Positions 1 to 8,970 of a stretch of DNA of 64,000 nt are shown piece by piece. A program made the translations under genes and the position numbers. Each line of letters begins with the position of its first letter. Position 1 is the stretch's first letter. Source of the stretch: Candidatus Kaiserbacteria bacterium (lineage in GTDB: Bacteria > Patescibacteriota > Minisyncoccia > Phycocordibacterales > Phycocordibacteraceae); contig DAIDIW010000001.1 in NCBI GenBank assembly GCA_027451665.1, forward strand, positions 95,359 to 159,358. The letters run 5' to 3'. The notes under the pieces were generated by a model. The model did not search any database, was not told the origin of the DNA, and saw only the letters and a list, made by a program, of their open reading frames with translations.

Positions 1-1
1 C

Positions 2-340
2 TCAGGCGCAAAGATCGCCCGCATCTTCAAAGTGCTCGGAGGGAGCAAGCGCCGCTATGCGCGCATCGGCGACACGGTCATCGTATCGGTTCAGACGGCT
101 GAACCGCGGAAGCCGGTGAAGAAGAAGGATGTCGTGAAAGCGGTCGTCGTGCGTCAGGCGCAACCGTTCCGTCGCAAGGACGGCTCCTACATCCGTTTCG
201 ATGAGAACGCGGTCGTGCTCGTCGAGAAGCAGGGCAAGGAAATGGGTCCGAAGGGCAACCGCGTCTTCGGTCCGGTCCCGCGCGAGCTTTCCGAGCGCGG
301 CTGGGCGTCTATCTCCTCGCTCGCTCCTGAGGTCGTCTAA
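2..340 (+). CDS. rplN: 50S ribosomal protein L14 (5' end lies upstream of the window)
   Basis: In-frame translation from nt 2 reads [26 protein letters not shown]...ISSLAPEVV, typical of the L14 C-terminal two thirds. There is no start codon inside the window. Confidence 0.9.
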   Translation, partial: SGAKIARIFKVLGGSKRRYARIGDTVIVSVQTAEPRKPVKKKDVVKAVVVRQAQPFRRKDGSYIRFDENAVVLVEKQGKEMGPKGNRVFGPVPRELSERGWASISSLAPEVV

Positions 341-351
341 CGAAATCGAGT

Positions 352-564
352 ATGCACGTAAAGAAAGGAGACAAGGTGCGAGTCATAACGGGCAAGGACA
401 AGGGGAAGACGGGCGTCATCGTCCGGGCACTTCCGAAGGAAGGCAAGGTCGTCGTCGAGGGCGTCGCGGTCGCACGCCGCTCCGTGAAGGGCCGTATGGG
501 TGAGGTGGGACGCATCGTCGAGCGTCCGATGCCCATTGATGCGAGCAACGTCGCCAAGGCGTAA
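352..564 (+). CDS. rplX: 50S ribosomal protein L24 (short form, 70 aa)
   Basis: KOW motif KKGDKVRVITGKDKGKTGVI. The position between rplN and rplE fits. Length is 70 aa versus about 104 aa typical. Confidence 0.8.
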   Translation: MHVKKGDKVRVITGKDKGKTGVIVRALPKEGKVVVEGVAVARRSVKGRMGEVGRIVERPMPIDASNVAKA

Positions 565-574
565 CCGTTTTCGT

Positions 575-1129
575 ATGAATATCACCAAGGAAAAGCAACA
601 GACCGCCTACGATTCGCTCTCGGAACGCTTCGGCTTCACGAGCGCGATGCAGGCGCCACGCATCGAGAAAGTCGTCGTGTCGACCGGCGTCGGCAAGAAG
701 CGCGATGCGAAGACCATCGAGCTTATCGAGGATCGCCTCATGAGCATCACCGGTCAGAAGCCGTCCCAGCGCGCGGCGCGTATGTCGATTGCGTCCTTCA
801 AGGTTCGCGAGGGCGACACGGTCGGCCTCCAGGTGACGCTCCGCGGCGCGCGCATGTATGACTTCCTCGACAAGCTCATCCACATCGCGCTCCCGCGCAC
901 CCGCGACTTCCGCGGTCTCTCGAAGAGGGCCATCGACGAGATGGGGAATCTTACGATCGGCGTGAGGGAGCACACCATCTTCCCTGAGACTTCTGACGAG
1001 GACGTGAAGGACGTGTTCGGGCTCGCGATCACCATCGTGACCAACTGCAAGAACCGTGAGGAGGCGGAGGCCTTCTTCAATCACCTCGGCGTCCCGTTCA
1101 AGAAGGAAGAGGAGAAGCGCCGCAAATAA
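575..1129 (+). CDS. rplE: 50S ribosomal protein L5
   Basis: MNITKEKQQTAYDSL...FGFTSAMQAPRIEKVVVSTGVG is an L5 signature. The start is set at the ATG at 575 rather than the longer ORF start at 500, which overlaps rplX. Confidence 0.9.
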   Translation: MNITKEKQQTAYDSLSERFGFTSAMQAPRIEKVVVSTGVGKKRDAKTIELIEDRLMSITGQKPSQRAARMSIASFKVREGDTVGLQVTLRGARMYDFLDKLIHIALPRTRDFRGLSKRAIDEMGNLTIGVREHTIFPETSDEDVKDVFGLAITIVTNCKNREEAEAFFNHLGVPFKKEEEKRRK

Positions 1130-1154
1130 CCGGTGCGTATACAATCGGTATCTG

Positions 1155-1182
1155 ACGCGGACGGCCCGAAGGCCGTCCGCGT
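1155..1182. terminator. GC-rich hairpin after rplE (GACGCGGACGGCC-CGAA-GGCCGTCCGCGT)
   Basis: 12-13 bp inverted repeat with a 4-nt loop located 26 nt after the rplE stop. It has no T-tract, so its terminator function is uncertain. Confidence 0.3.
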
Positions 1183-1294
1183 GCGTCATTGTGCGTTCGC
1201 GACTGGCCTCTCTCCTGCTCATATGTACGGGCGGCTTGACCGGAAAGCTATTGAAGGTATGGTGAGTCCGGATCTACGGAGAAAGGGAACCGGT

Positions 1295-1519
1295 ATGCGC
1301 GTCATGGATCATCTGAGAATCGCTATCCTCATCCTCACTGCGTACGCATTCGCAGTCATAGCCGCAGGGCAGGGGTATCTTTGGTTGCCGAGTATCGTCG
1401 TGCACGGTCCGCAGGGCCCGGATTTCTCCATGCGCGGGCTGGTATCGCTGCTTTCCGACGGGGTGGTGCTCACCGGCTTGAGTGCGGCCTGCTGGATGCT
1501 TGATGCGAAGCGAACATAG
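1295..1519 (+). CDS. Small hydrophobic membrane protein (~74 aa) inserted between rplE and rpsN
   Basis: The ORF MRVMDHLRIAILILTAYAFAVIAAGQGYLWL... contains two predicted TM segments. A purine-rich AAAGGGA lies 8 nt upstream of the ATG. The gene is flanked by GC hairpins. No recognisable family. Confidence 0.35.
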   Translation: MRVMDHLRIAILILTAYAFAVIAAGQGYLWLPSIVVHGPQGPDFSMRGLVSLLSDGVVLTGLSAACWMLDAKRT

Positions 1520-1540
1520 TCCCATGCGGTTGTAGCTGCA

Positions 1541-1567
1541 GCCCGCCCGACGGTCAATCGGGCGGGC
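1541..1567. terminator. Hairpin GCCCGCCCGA-CGGTCAA-TCGGGCGGGC
   Basis: Perfect 10-bp inverted repeat with a 7-nt loop, downstream of the small ORF and upstream of rpsN. Confidence 0.3.
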
Positions 1568-1633
1568 CAGTCGTTTGACGCGAGAAACCCCAGATGATAC
1601 AGTACCGCCACGCTCTCCGGAGCTCTATTTTTT

Positions 1634-1903
1634 ATGGCAAAAACGTCAGTCATCGCACGACAGCAAAAGCGAGAAAAGCTCGTGGCCAAGTACGCTAAGA
1701 AGCGTGCCGAGCTTAAGGCTGCCGGCGATGCCGAGGGGCTTCAGAAGCTCCCGCGCAACTCCTCTCCGGTACGCCTCAAGAACCGCTGCCAGGTAACGGG
1801 CCGCCCCCGCGGGTATATACGCGCGTTCGGCCTTTCACGCATCAAGTTCCGCGAACTGGCCCGCGAGGGAAAGATTCCGGGCGTAAAGAAGGCATCATGG
1901 TAA
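1634..1903 (+). CDS. rpsN: 30S ribosomal protein S14 (long, non-zinc type, 89 aa)
   Basis: [28 protein letters not shown]...[41 protein letters not shown] matches an S14 C-terminus. There is no CxxC zinc motif. Confidence 0.9.
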   Translation: MAKTSVIARQQKREKLVAKYAKKRAELKAAGDAEGLQKLPRNSSPVRLKNRCQVTGRPRGYIRAFGLSRIKFRELAREGKIPGVKKASW

Positions 1904-2301
1904 GCGACCGCGTCGGCGATTTCATAATCCGTCTCCAGAATGCCGCGATGATCGGCACGCGCGAGGTCGCACTTCCGTACTCTTCCCATCTCTCCGCGAT
2001 CGCGAAGAAGCTGAAGGAGCTCGGATTCCTTTCCGAGGTGAAGGTCGACGCGAAAGGAGAGACCGGCGAGAAGAAGACGCTCGAAGTCACGCTCGCCTAT
2101 GACGAGCGTGGCGCCGCAAAGTTGCGCGGCGTGAAGCGTATAAGCAAGCCGGGACGCCGTCTCTACGTGGGACGCACCGAAGCGCATACGGTGGCCGGCG
2201 GCACGGGCGCGCGCATAATCACCACCTCGAAGGGCATCATGACGGATGCCGAAGCGCGCAAGAATCGCGTGGGAGGCGAAGATCTTTTCGAGGTCTGGTA
2301 A
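1897..2301 (+). CDS. rpsH: 30S ribosomal protein S8
   Basis: [29 protein letters not shown]...GGEDLFEVW is canonical S8. It overlaps the rpsN stop by 7 nt. Confidence 0.9.
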   Translation: MVSDRVGDFIIRLQNAAMIGTREVALPYSSHLSAIAKKLKELGFLSEVKVDAKGETGEKKTLEVTLAYDERGAAKLRGVKRISKPGRRLYVGRTEAHTVAGGTGARIITTSKGIMTDAEARKNRVGGEDLFEVW

Positions 2302-2312
2302 GCATGATTATC

Positions 2313-2843
2313 ATGAGCCGTCTTGCACGCAAACCGATCCAGCTGGGGAAGACCGAGGTCACGGTCTCAGGCGGAACCCTTACCGTGAAGGGTCCGAAGG
2401 CGACCCTTACCCGCTCGCTCCATCCGGCCGTGACGATCACGGTGGATGGCAAAGAGGCGACGGTAGCGCCGCGCGACCGCTCGCGCGAAGCGCGTGCGCT
2501 CACCGGCACGTTCGTCGCCCATTTGAAGAATATGGTGCAGGGCGTCGAGACGCCCTACGTGAAGAAGCTCATCCTTGAAGGAGTCGGATACCGCTTCGAG
2601 GTAAAGGGGAAGCAACTCTCTATGCTCGTCGGGTTCTCGCATCCGGTCGTGCTCGACATACCGGAGGGAGTAACGGCAAGCTTGGAGAAGAACGTGCTCA
2701 CGCTCGAGAGCTCGAATAAGGATCTTCTCGGACAGTTTGCGGCGAACGTCCGCCGCGTCAAGGAGCCGGAGCCGTATCTCGGCAAGGGTATCCGCTATGA
2801 AAATGAGGTGGTGCGCCGCAAACAGGGCAAGAAGGCTGTATAA
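2313..2843 (+). CDS. rplF: 50S ribosomal protein L6
   Basis: MSRLARKPIQL...TVSGGTLTVKGPKATL is an L6 signature. The alternative ATG at 2304 would add MII. Confidence 0.9.
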   Translation: MSRLARKPIQLGKTEVTVSGGTLTVKGPKATLTRSLHPAVTITVDGKEATVAPRDRSREARALTGTFVAHLKNMVQGVETPYVKKLILEGVGYRFEVKGKQLSMLVGFSHPVVLDIPEGVTASLEKNVLTLESSNKDLLGQFAANVRRVKEPEPYLGKGIRYENEVVRRKQGKKAV

Positions 2844-2848
2844 CGACT

Positions 2849-3199
2849 ATGACTACGACCCCCACATCTAAAAATTCCCTGCGCTTGCGCCGTCATGCGC
2901 GCGTGCGGGCGAAGGTGCGCGGCACGGCCGCGCGACCGCGTCTCGCGGTATTCAAGAGCAATCGCTATGTCTCGGCGCAACTCATAGACGACGAGGCCGG
3001 CAAGACGATCGCGGCTGCTTCCGGCAAGACGATCGGCGGGTCGCAGGGCGAACAGGCTAAGAAGGTCGCGGAAGCGATTGCGAAGACGGCCCAAGCGGCA
3101 GGCGTGACCCAGGCCGTCTTCGACCGCGGCGGCTATCAGTACACGGGACTTATCAAGATGCTCGCGGATACCGCGCGCGAGCACGGGCTCACTTTCTAA
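2849..3199 (+). CDS. rplR: 50S ribosomal protein L18
   Basis: LRLRRHARVRAKVRGTAARPRLAVFKSNRYVSAQLIDD is an L18 N-terminal signature. Confidence 0.9.
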   Translation: MTTTPTSKNSLRLRRHARVRAKVRGTAARPRLAVFKSNRYVSAQLIDDEAGKTIAAASGKTIGGSQGEQAKKVAEAIAKTAQAAGVTQAVFDRGGYQYTGLIKMLADTAREHGLTF

Positions 3200-3200
3200 T

Positions 3201-3767
3201 ATGGCTACGACTACGGAACAGCAGCATACGGCTTTGGCGCGCGATTCTCGAGGTGGCCGCCCGGACCCACGTGGCGCGCGCAATGCGATCCGCGGACGCA
3301 CGGATCGCCGCGGCCCGCGCATTCCTCGCGAGCGCAGCGAATTCGATCAGGTAACCATCGAAGCGCGTCGCGTTGCCCGCGTTATGGCCGGCGGTCGCCG
3401 TTTCAATTTCAGCATCACGGTCGTTGTGGGAGACAAGAAGGGCCGCGTCGGCGTAGGTATCGGCAAAGCCGCGGACACGGCGCTCGCAATCGACAAAGCC
3501 GTCCGCGATGCGAAGAAGCATCTGTTCACCGTTCCGCGTACCCCGTCTGGCTCGATTCCGCATGCGGTTTCCACGAAGTATGCAGCGTCGGTCGTCGAGA
3601 TCATTCCGTCGAAGGGTCGCGGCCTCGTCGCCGGTTCGGCGATGCGTACCGTCCTTGACCTTGCGGGCGTTACCGACGTGGTCACGAAGATCCACTCGCG
3701 CTCGAAGAACAAGCTCACTATCGCGCGCGCGACCGTCGCGGCGCTCGCGAAGCTCCGCGCCCGTTAA
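3201..3767 (+). CDS. rpsE: 30S ribosomal protein S5 with an Arg-rich N-terminal extension
   Basis: RFNFSITVVVGDKKGRVGVGIGKAADTALAIDKAVRDAKK...SKGRGLVAGSAMRTVLDLAGV matches S5. Confidence 0.9.
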   Translation: MATTTEQQHTALARDSRGGRPDPRGARNAIRGRTDRRGPRIPRERSEFDQVTIEARRVARVMAGGRRFNFSITVVVGDKKGRVGVGIGKAADTALAIDKAVRDAKKHLFTVPRTPSGSIPHAVSTKYAASVVEIIPSKGRGLVAGSAMRTVLDLAGVTDVVTKIHSRSKNKLTIARATVAALAKLRAR

Positions 3768-3778
3768 CGACCGTTACC

Positions 3779-4231
3779 ATGCAGCTCCACACCCTCACTC
3801 CTCGTACAAAGTCCAAGAAGCCGGCACCCGTCGGTCGCGGCGGCAAGCGCGGCAAGACATCGGGCCGCGGCGGAAAGGGCCAGACGGCGCGCGCCGGTCA
3901 TAAGATCCGTCCCGAGGTGCGCGACCTCATCAAGAAGCTTCCGAAGCGCCGCGGGTTCGGCAAGAACCGTTCGCGCACCGTCCGTACGAACCGTATCCCG
4001 CTCGCGGCGGTGAATCTCGCGGCGCTCGAGATGGCATATGAGAAGGGCGAGACGGTCTCGCCGGCGACCTTGCTCGCGAAGGGTCTCGTCCGCCGCGAGA
4101 AGGGTCGTGCGCCTCGCGTGAAGATCCTTGGCACCGGTGAGGTGACGAAGGCGCTCGTCGTCGAGAAGTGCCTCCTCTCCGGTTCGGCACGCGCTGCGCT
4201 TCAGAACGCCGGCGCCACGATCAATGCTTAG
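3779..4231 (+). CDS. rplO: 50S ribosomal protein L15. It follows S5 directly, so L30 is absent.
   Basis: MQLHTLTPRTKSKKPAPVGRGGKRGKTSGRGGKGQTARAGHK is an L15 N-terminus. Only 11 nt separate the rpsE stop from this start, which leaves no room for rpmD. Confidence 0.9.
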   Translation: MQLHTLTPRTKSKKPAPVGRGGKRGKTSGRGGKGQTARAGHKIRPEVRDLIKKLPKRRGFGKNRSRTVRTNRIPLAAVNLAALEMAYEKGETVSPATLLAKGLVRREKGRAPRVKILGTGEVTKALVVEKCLLSGSARAALQNAGATINA

Positions 4232-5498
4232 CCAATTCTTGCGTAAGCTCAAACTCGCGTTCGGCGATACCGAAATCCGCAATCGCATACTCTTCCTCGC
4301 GGGCGCACTCGCGCTATTCCGTTTCCTTGCGGCAATTCCTATCCCGGGTGTGAACCGCGCTGCGCTCGCGCAATTCTTCGCGAGCAATCAGTTTCTCGGC
4401 CTTTTGAATATCTTCTCGGGCGGCGGTCTCTCCCGCCTCTCGATCGTGATGCTCGGCGTCGGTCCCTACATCACGTCGTCAATTATCATGCAGCTTGCGA
4501 CGATCATCTTCCCGCAGGTAAAGAACGCCTATTTCGAGGAGGGTGAAGCCGGTCGCGCGAGATTCATCCAGTGGAGCCGTCTCCTCACCATTCCCATCGC
4601 GGTTCTCCAGTCGATTGGTTTCCTGCTTCTCTTGCAGGGGCAAGGCGTCATCACGAATCAGGGACCGGTAGGTCTTATCACGAACATAGCGCTCGTGACC
4701 GGCGGCTCGATGCTTCTCATGTGGATCGGCGAGCTCGTGACCGAGTTCGGGATCGGGAACGGCGTCTCGCTCATCATTTTCGCGGGGATTATGGCGCGAG
4801 TTCCGTCGGGTATCTCGCAGACGCTTTTCGCCGCGACGGCGCAACAGATCCCCGCCTATTTCGCGTTTATCGCGCTCGCGCTCATCATGACCTACGCGGT
4901 CGTAGTGGTGTCCGACGCCGAGCGCTCCATCCCGATCGCGTACGCGCGCGCCGTCCGCGGCGCGGCGATGCAGCAGGGCGCCGCTACTTATCTGCCTATC
5001 CGCTTGCTTCAAGCCGGCGTGATCCCGATCATCTTCGCGCTCTCGCTCCTTCTCTTGCCGCAGATGGCGCTCTCGATGCTCTCGGGGCTCCATTTCGCAT
5101 TTGCGCAGGGCGCCTCGCTCTGGTACAGCGCCTTCCTCGCGGATCCATGGAAGTACGGCTCCGTCTACTTCCTCTTCGTCGTTCTCTTCACATACTTCTA
5201 TACGGCGGTAACCTTTGAACCATCTCGCGTCGCGGAGAATCTCCAGAAGTCAGGTGCATTCGTGCCGGGGGTGCGTCCAGGCCGCGAGACGGAATCGTAT
5301 ATCGGGGCGGTCGTAAATCGTGTGACGCTCCCGGGTGCGGTCTTCCTCGGTCTCATCGCGGTCGCACCATCGATCATCCAGGGCCTTACCGGCATCACCA
5401 CGCTCGTCTTGGGCGGTACTGCACTCCTTATTGCTGTACAGGTGGCGCTTGATCTCGCTCAAAAGATTGATGCGCAGGTGTCCTTGCGAGAATACTAG
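4224..5498 (+). CDS. secY: Preprotein translocase subunit SecY
   Basis: 424 aa with 10 predicted TM segments. MLSQFLRKLKLAFGDTEIRNRILFLAGALALFRFLAAIPIPGVN. Conserved position after rplO. Confidence 0.9.
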   Translation: MLSQFLRKLKLAFGDTEIRNRILFLAGALALFRFLAAIPIPGVNRAALAQFFASNQFLGLLNIFSGGGLSRLSIVMLGVGPYITSSIIMQLATIIFPQVKNAYFEEGEAGRARFIQWSRLLTIPIAVLQSIGFLLLLQGQGVITNQGPVGLITNIALVTGGSMLLMWIGELVTEFGIGNGVSLIIFAGIMARVPSGISQTLFAATAQQIPAYFAFIALALIMTYAVVVVSDAERSIPIAYARAVRGAAMQQGAATYLPIRLLQAGVIPIIFALSLLLLPQMALSMLSGLHFAFAQGASLWYSAFLADPWKYGSVYFLFVVLFTYFYTAVTFEPSRVAENLQKSGAFVPGVRPGRETESYIGAVVNRVTLPGAVFLGLIAVAPSIIQGLTGITTLVLGGTALLIAVQVALDLAQKIDAQVSLREY

Positions 5499-5508
5499 AA
5501 GCGCGTAG

Positions 5509-5547
5509 CGGGAAACGTCCGGAGGTCAGACCTCCGGGCGTTTCCCG
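5509..5547. terminator. Bidirectional hairpin terminator between convergent secY and cmk
   Basis: CGGGAAACGTCCGGAGGTC-AGA-GACCTCCGGGCGTTTCCCG forms a 17-bp stem with one mismatch. It is flanked by A and T tracts on opposite strands. Confidence 0.5.
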
Positions 5548-5549
5548 TA

Positions 5550-6113
5550 TCAGGGATGCTTCAACCACGCATGGTAGCCCTCGATAATGCGCCGTATGAC
5601 CATGTCGAGCTTATGCTGCCCAGTATCAAGCTGGAGGTCGAACATTGAGTGGTCATCGACATCAATGCCGTAGAGATCGTGATAGCGCTTCTTTTCGCTC
5701 TCATAGCGCTCGCGGGTGGCCGAAAGCGCTTCCGCTACCGAGTCAGCTTTCTGACTCACGCGCCCTTCTTTCTTGATTCCGTAATAGATGCGCTCAGCGG
5801 CCAGCTGCGGATCTACCGCGAGGTAGACCTTGAACGATTCGGGCATCCAGTGATAGGCAAGCCTCGAGTCGACGACGAGCTCCGAGCGGTCATAGAGCTG
5901 CTTCAGGCGATCATCCACCGCATGGTCGATCTCGTTCTCGAGTTCGGCTTCCCGGTTGATCTCCTCTATTGAAATACCACGTTCCTTTGCGATCGCCCGG
6001 AAGAGATCGCCCGAGGAGAAATGAGCGTACCCGAGCTCTTCCGCGACACGCCGCGCGGTGGTCGACTTACCGCTCCCGATGGCACCGGCGATCGTGATGA
6101 TGGAGTGCTTCAC
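5550..6113 (-). CDS. cmk: Cytidylate (d)CMP kinase, short ~187-aa type
   Basis: P-loop ITIAGAIGSGKSTTARRVAEELGYAHFSSGDLFR. The length and the YLAVDPQLAAERI segment fit the short Cmk family. It is encoded antisense inside the spc operon. Confidence 0.65.
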   Translation of the reverse strand: MKHSIITIAGAIGSGKSTTARRVAEELGYAHFSSGDLFRAIAKERGISIEEINREAELENEIDHAVDDRLKQLYDRSELVVDSRLAYHWMPESFKVYLAVDPQLAAERIYYGIKKEGRVSQKADSVAEALSATRERYESEKKRYHDLYGIDVDDHSMFDLQLDTGQHKLDMVIRRIIEGYHAWLKHP

Positions 6114-6201
6114 GTATGATCCGATTATACCGGTTCAGGAGTGCATCCGCTACGGACGACCGCGTATGGAAAGCTGCCGCTGCATGGGGTAGAGTGTCCC
6201 T

Positions 6202-6798
6202 ATGTCTACCAGCTCGCGCGAGACGCGCACCATCTTGTTCATCGGTCGTCCCGGATCCGGCAAGGAGACGCAGGCTCGCCGTCTCGCCGAGGACACAGGG
6301 TTTCATCTATACTCGACTGGCGAGCGTTTCCGCGAACTGCGTGAGCATCGTGATGCTCTAGGGCAGCGCGTGAAAGAAGTCTATGACACGGGTCGTCTTA
6401 TGCCCACGTGGTTTGCCGACTACCTTTTCGAGGACGCCTTGCTGAGGCTTCCGTACGGCACCGGCGTAATTTTCGAAGGCACCGGGCGCTGGCGCGCGGA
6501 GGCGGAGCTCTTTGATGAGGTCGCTGCCTGGCTCGGTCGGCCGTATCTCGTCGTGCATCTTGACGTGCGTGAGGAAGAAGCGATGCGACGGCAGCTCGCA
6601 CGTGCACAGACGAAAGAGCGTCCGGACTCAAATTCCGAAGATAAGATACGGATTCGTTTTCGTGAATTCAACGAGCATACGCAGAAAGCAATCGATTTCT
6701 TCGAAACGAAGGGCAAGGTTCTGCGCGTGAACGGCGAGCAACCGCCGGATGCGATCACTGCGGAAATCCGCGAGAAGCTCGGGCTCCGACTGCTATGA
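6202..6798 (+). CDS. adk: Adenylate kinase-like nucleoside monophosphate kinase
   Basis: ILFIGRPGSGKETQARRLAEDTGFHLYSTGERFR (P-loop plus NMP-binding). The conserved position between secY and map supports the call. Confidence 0.7.
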   Translation: MSTSSRETRTILFIGRPGSGKETQARRLAEDTGFHLYSTGERFRELREHRDALGQRVKEVYDTGRLMPTWFADYLFEDALLRLPYGTGVIFEGTGRWRAEAELFDEVAAWLGRPYLVVHLDVREEEAMRRQLARAQTKERPDSNSEDKIRIRFREFNEHTQKAIDFFETKGKVLRVNGEQPPDAITAEIREKLGLRLL

Positions 6799-7562
6799 CG
6801 ATAACGAATGAGACGCAGCGCGTGGCGCTTCTTGAAGCGGGACAGCGTCTCGCGCACGTGCTTGCAGCGCTTGAGGAGAAAGTTGCGCCGGGAGTGACTA
6901 CCGAAGAACTCGATGATTTCGCGGAGAAGCTCATCCGCGACGGGAGGGATACGCCCGCGTTCCTCGGCTACACGCCTGAGGGAGCGTCACGCCCGTATCC
7001 CGCGACGTTGTGCGTATCGATAAACGATGAGATCGTCCACGGTATACCGAACGAGCATCCTAAGACCTTGAAGGAAGGCGACATCGTCGGTCTCGATCTC
7101 GGTCTCGTGCATGAGGGTATTGTTGTCGATAGTGCGCTCACCGTTCCCGTGGGGAAGGTAGATAGGAAGGCGCAGCAGCTCATGCGTGCCACCCGGGATG
7201 CGCTCGCAGCCGGCATCGCCGCGGCCAGGCCTGGGGGGCATGTGGGGGATATAGGTGCCGCGATACAGGAGGTCATTGAGAAGGCAGGGTTCTCCGTCGT
7301 GAAGCCATTGGGCGGCCATGGGGTAGGTGACCGCGTGCATGAGGAGCCCTTCGTTCCGAATTTCGGGCGTCAGGGTGAAGGCGAGAAGCTCGTCGTCGGC
7401 ATGGTCCTCGCGCTTGAACCCATATCGAGCGAGGGCAGAGCGGCGGTCATGATCGCGCCGGATGGCTATACCTATCGCACGAAGGACGGCTCGCGCTCGG
7501 CGCACTTTGAGCACACCATCCTTCTCGAGGAAAGCGGGCCGGTCATCGTGACGAAGCCCTAG
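6795..7562 (+). CDS. map: Methionine aminopeptidase type I
   Basis: Pita-bread fold motifs: DIVGLDLGLVHEGIVVDSA, GHGVGDRVHEEPFVPNF, ALEPISSEG, HFEHTILL. Confidence 0.9.
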   Translation: MTITNETQRVALLEAGQRLAHVLAALEEKVAPGVTTEELDDFAEKLIRDGRDTPAFLGYTPEGASRPYPATLCVSINDEIVHGIPNEHPKTLKEGDIVGLDLGLVHEGIVVDSALTVPVGKVDRKAQQLMRATRDALAAGIAAARPGGHVGDIGAAIQEVIEKAGFSVVKPLGGHGVGDRVHEEPFVPNFGRQGEGEKLVVGMVLALEPISSEGRAAVMIAPDGYTYRTKDGSRSAHFEHTILLEESGPVIVTKP

Positions 7563-7565
7563 GCC

Positions 7566-8084
7566 ATGGAGCTTTCTGCACCGTACGCCTCGTACCCGTA
7601 CGAACGCGGGTACATCGTCCTCCCAATCCAGCTCGATGCGACAGCGCTACCGGATACCTTCGGCGAGGGGCCGGATGTGCTTCACCGCAAGGACGAATTT
7701 CATGTGACGCTCGTCGGCAAGACGGTCACGGACCTTTCCCGGAGCCTCGATGACGTCGTTGCGACGTTTAATCGCTCTGTGGCCACGCACCCGGTACGCT
7801 TCCGTTCGTTCGAGCCTGACTTCCGGCTTCCGGCAGAGGGAGAGAAACGGACGCTTGTGGTCCGTGCACGAGTCGATAACCTCGAGGGGCTCTTCGCCGC
7901 GCTCCAGGCAGCATTGGGCGAGAATATCCCGATCCAGGCGCCGCACGTGACGCTCTATGAGCGCACACGGGGAGAGAGCGTCGCCATTCCGAGCGATATA
8001 TGTTGGAATTCGTTCGAGCGGATTGAAGTTCCCGCGTTTTTTGATAAGCTGAGGAATAACGCCCTCGGGCGCGATTTATTTTAG
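7566..8084 (+). CDS. 2H phosphoesterase superfamily protein (LigT / 2'-5' RNA ligase-like)
   Basis: Two H-x-T-x motifs (FHVTLVG and PHVTLYE) lie about 80 aa apart in a 172-aa protein. This is the defining signature of the 2H/LigT fold. Confidence 0.55.
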   Translation: MELSAPYASYPYERGYIVLPIQLDATALPDTFGEGPDVLHRKDEFHVTLVGKTVTDLSRSLDDVVATFNRSVATHPVRFRSFEPDFRLPAEGEKRTLVVRARVDNLEGLFAALQAALGENIPIQAPHVTLYERTRGESVAIPSDICWNSFERIEVPAFFDKLRNNALGRDLF

Positions 8085-8088
8085 AGCC

Positions 8089-8700
8089 ATGGCACATCCT
8101 AAGACCGAACGCACGCTCGTCATCGTGAAGCCCGACGGGGTGCAGCGCTCACTCGTGGGCGAGATTATCAAGCGCCATGAAAACGTGGGCCTCAAGCTCG
8201 TCGCCATAAAGATGATGACGGCCGAAGCAGGTCATGTCGAACAGCATTACACTCTCGATCCTGAATGGCGCCGCGTAACCGGTGAGAAGACCATCGCGGG
8301 CTACAAGGAGAAAGGGCTCACACCGCCGTCCGAAGACCCGTACGAAATCACGGCCGCTATCCTCGAAGGACTTAAGAAATATATGGTCGCGGGTCCGATT
8401 ATTGTCATGGTGTGGGAGGGAGCGCATGCCGTGAAGATCGTCCGCAAGCTCGTAGGTTCGACCGAGCCGCTCGGAAGCGCTCCGGGTACCATACGCGGTG
8501 ACTACGTCCTCGACTCGTATCAGATGGCCGACACGGACACGCGCGCCGTGCGCAATCTCATCCATGCCTCCGGCTCGCCTGCGGAAGCGGAAGCGGAAAT
8601 CAAGCATTGGTTCAAGCCACAGGATCTTATTGCGTATCGGCGCATGCAGGATGCAATCGTCTACAACCCTGAACTCGATAATTATCTCGGTGAGGGGTGA
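8089..8700 (+). CDS. ndk: Nucleoside diphosphate kinase with an internal insertion (203 aa)
   Basis: TLVIVKPDGVQRSLVGEIIKRHENVGLKLVAIKMM and NLIHASGSPAEAEAEIKHWF are Ndk motifs. The protein is about 60 aa longer than canonical Ndk. Confidence 0.85.
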   Translation: MAHPKTERTLVIVKPDGVQRSLVGEIIKRHENVGLKLVAIKMMTAEAGHVEQHYTLDPEWRRVTGEKTIAGYKEKGLTPPSEDPYEITAAILEGLKKYMVAGPIIVMVWEGAHAVKIVRKLVGSTEPLGSAPGTIRGDYVLDSYQMADTDTRAVRNLIHASGSPAEAEAEIKHWFKPQDLIAYRRMQDAIVYNPELDNYLGEG

Positions 8701-8930
8701 CCGCGATGCTCGTGTTCACGAAACGGATGGACCCAGCGGGTTCATCCGTTTCCCCAGGCACTTCCATTGATTAGGGCGTATACTGTCCTCGGAGCTGCCT
8801 TAAAAAACGCAACTTGCTCTTTTTAAGGGCGGCCCGAAAATATTTCGCTTGGTCTAGGAGTGCTCACGCGTTCCGTCGCCAGGCGATAGGGCTCCCACGT
8901 AGCACTACAAAGTTGCTACCTTAGGCGGCT

Positions 8931-8970
8931 CCACTAGAAAATCCCACGTATTCGTGGGATTTTCTAGTGG
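8931..8970. promoter_or_regulatory. 40-bp perfect palindrome CCACTAGAAAATCCCACG-TATT-CGTGGGATTTTCTAGTGG
   Basis: Read directly from the sequence. 18-bp arms with a 4-nt spacer lie in a lower-GC 290-bp intergenic region and end 22 nt before the ATG of the downstream ribonuclease gene. Confidence 0.45.

Noticed and set aside
416-1222. 268-aa minus-strand ORF overlapping rplX and rplE
   Set aside because: It is antisense to well-supported ribosomal protein genes. The Arg/Ala-rich translation is typical of spurious ORFs in high-GC DNA.
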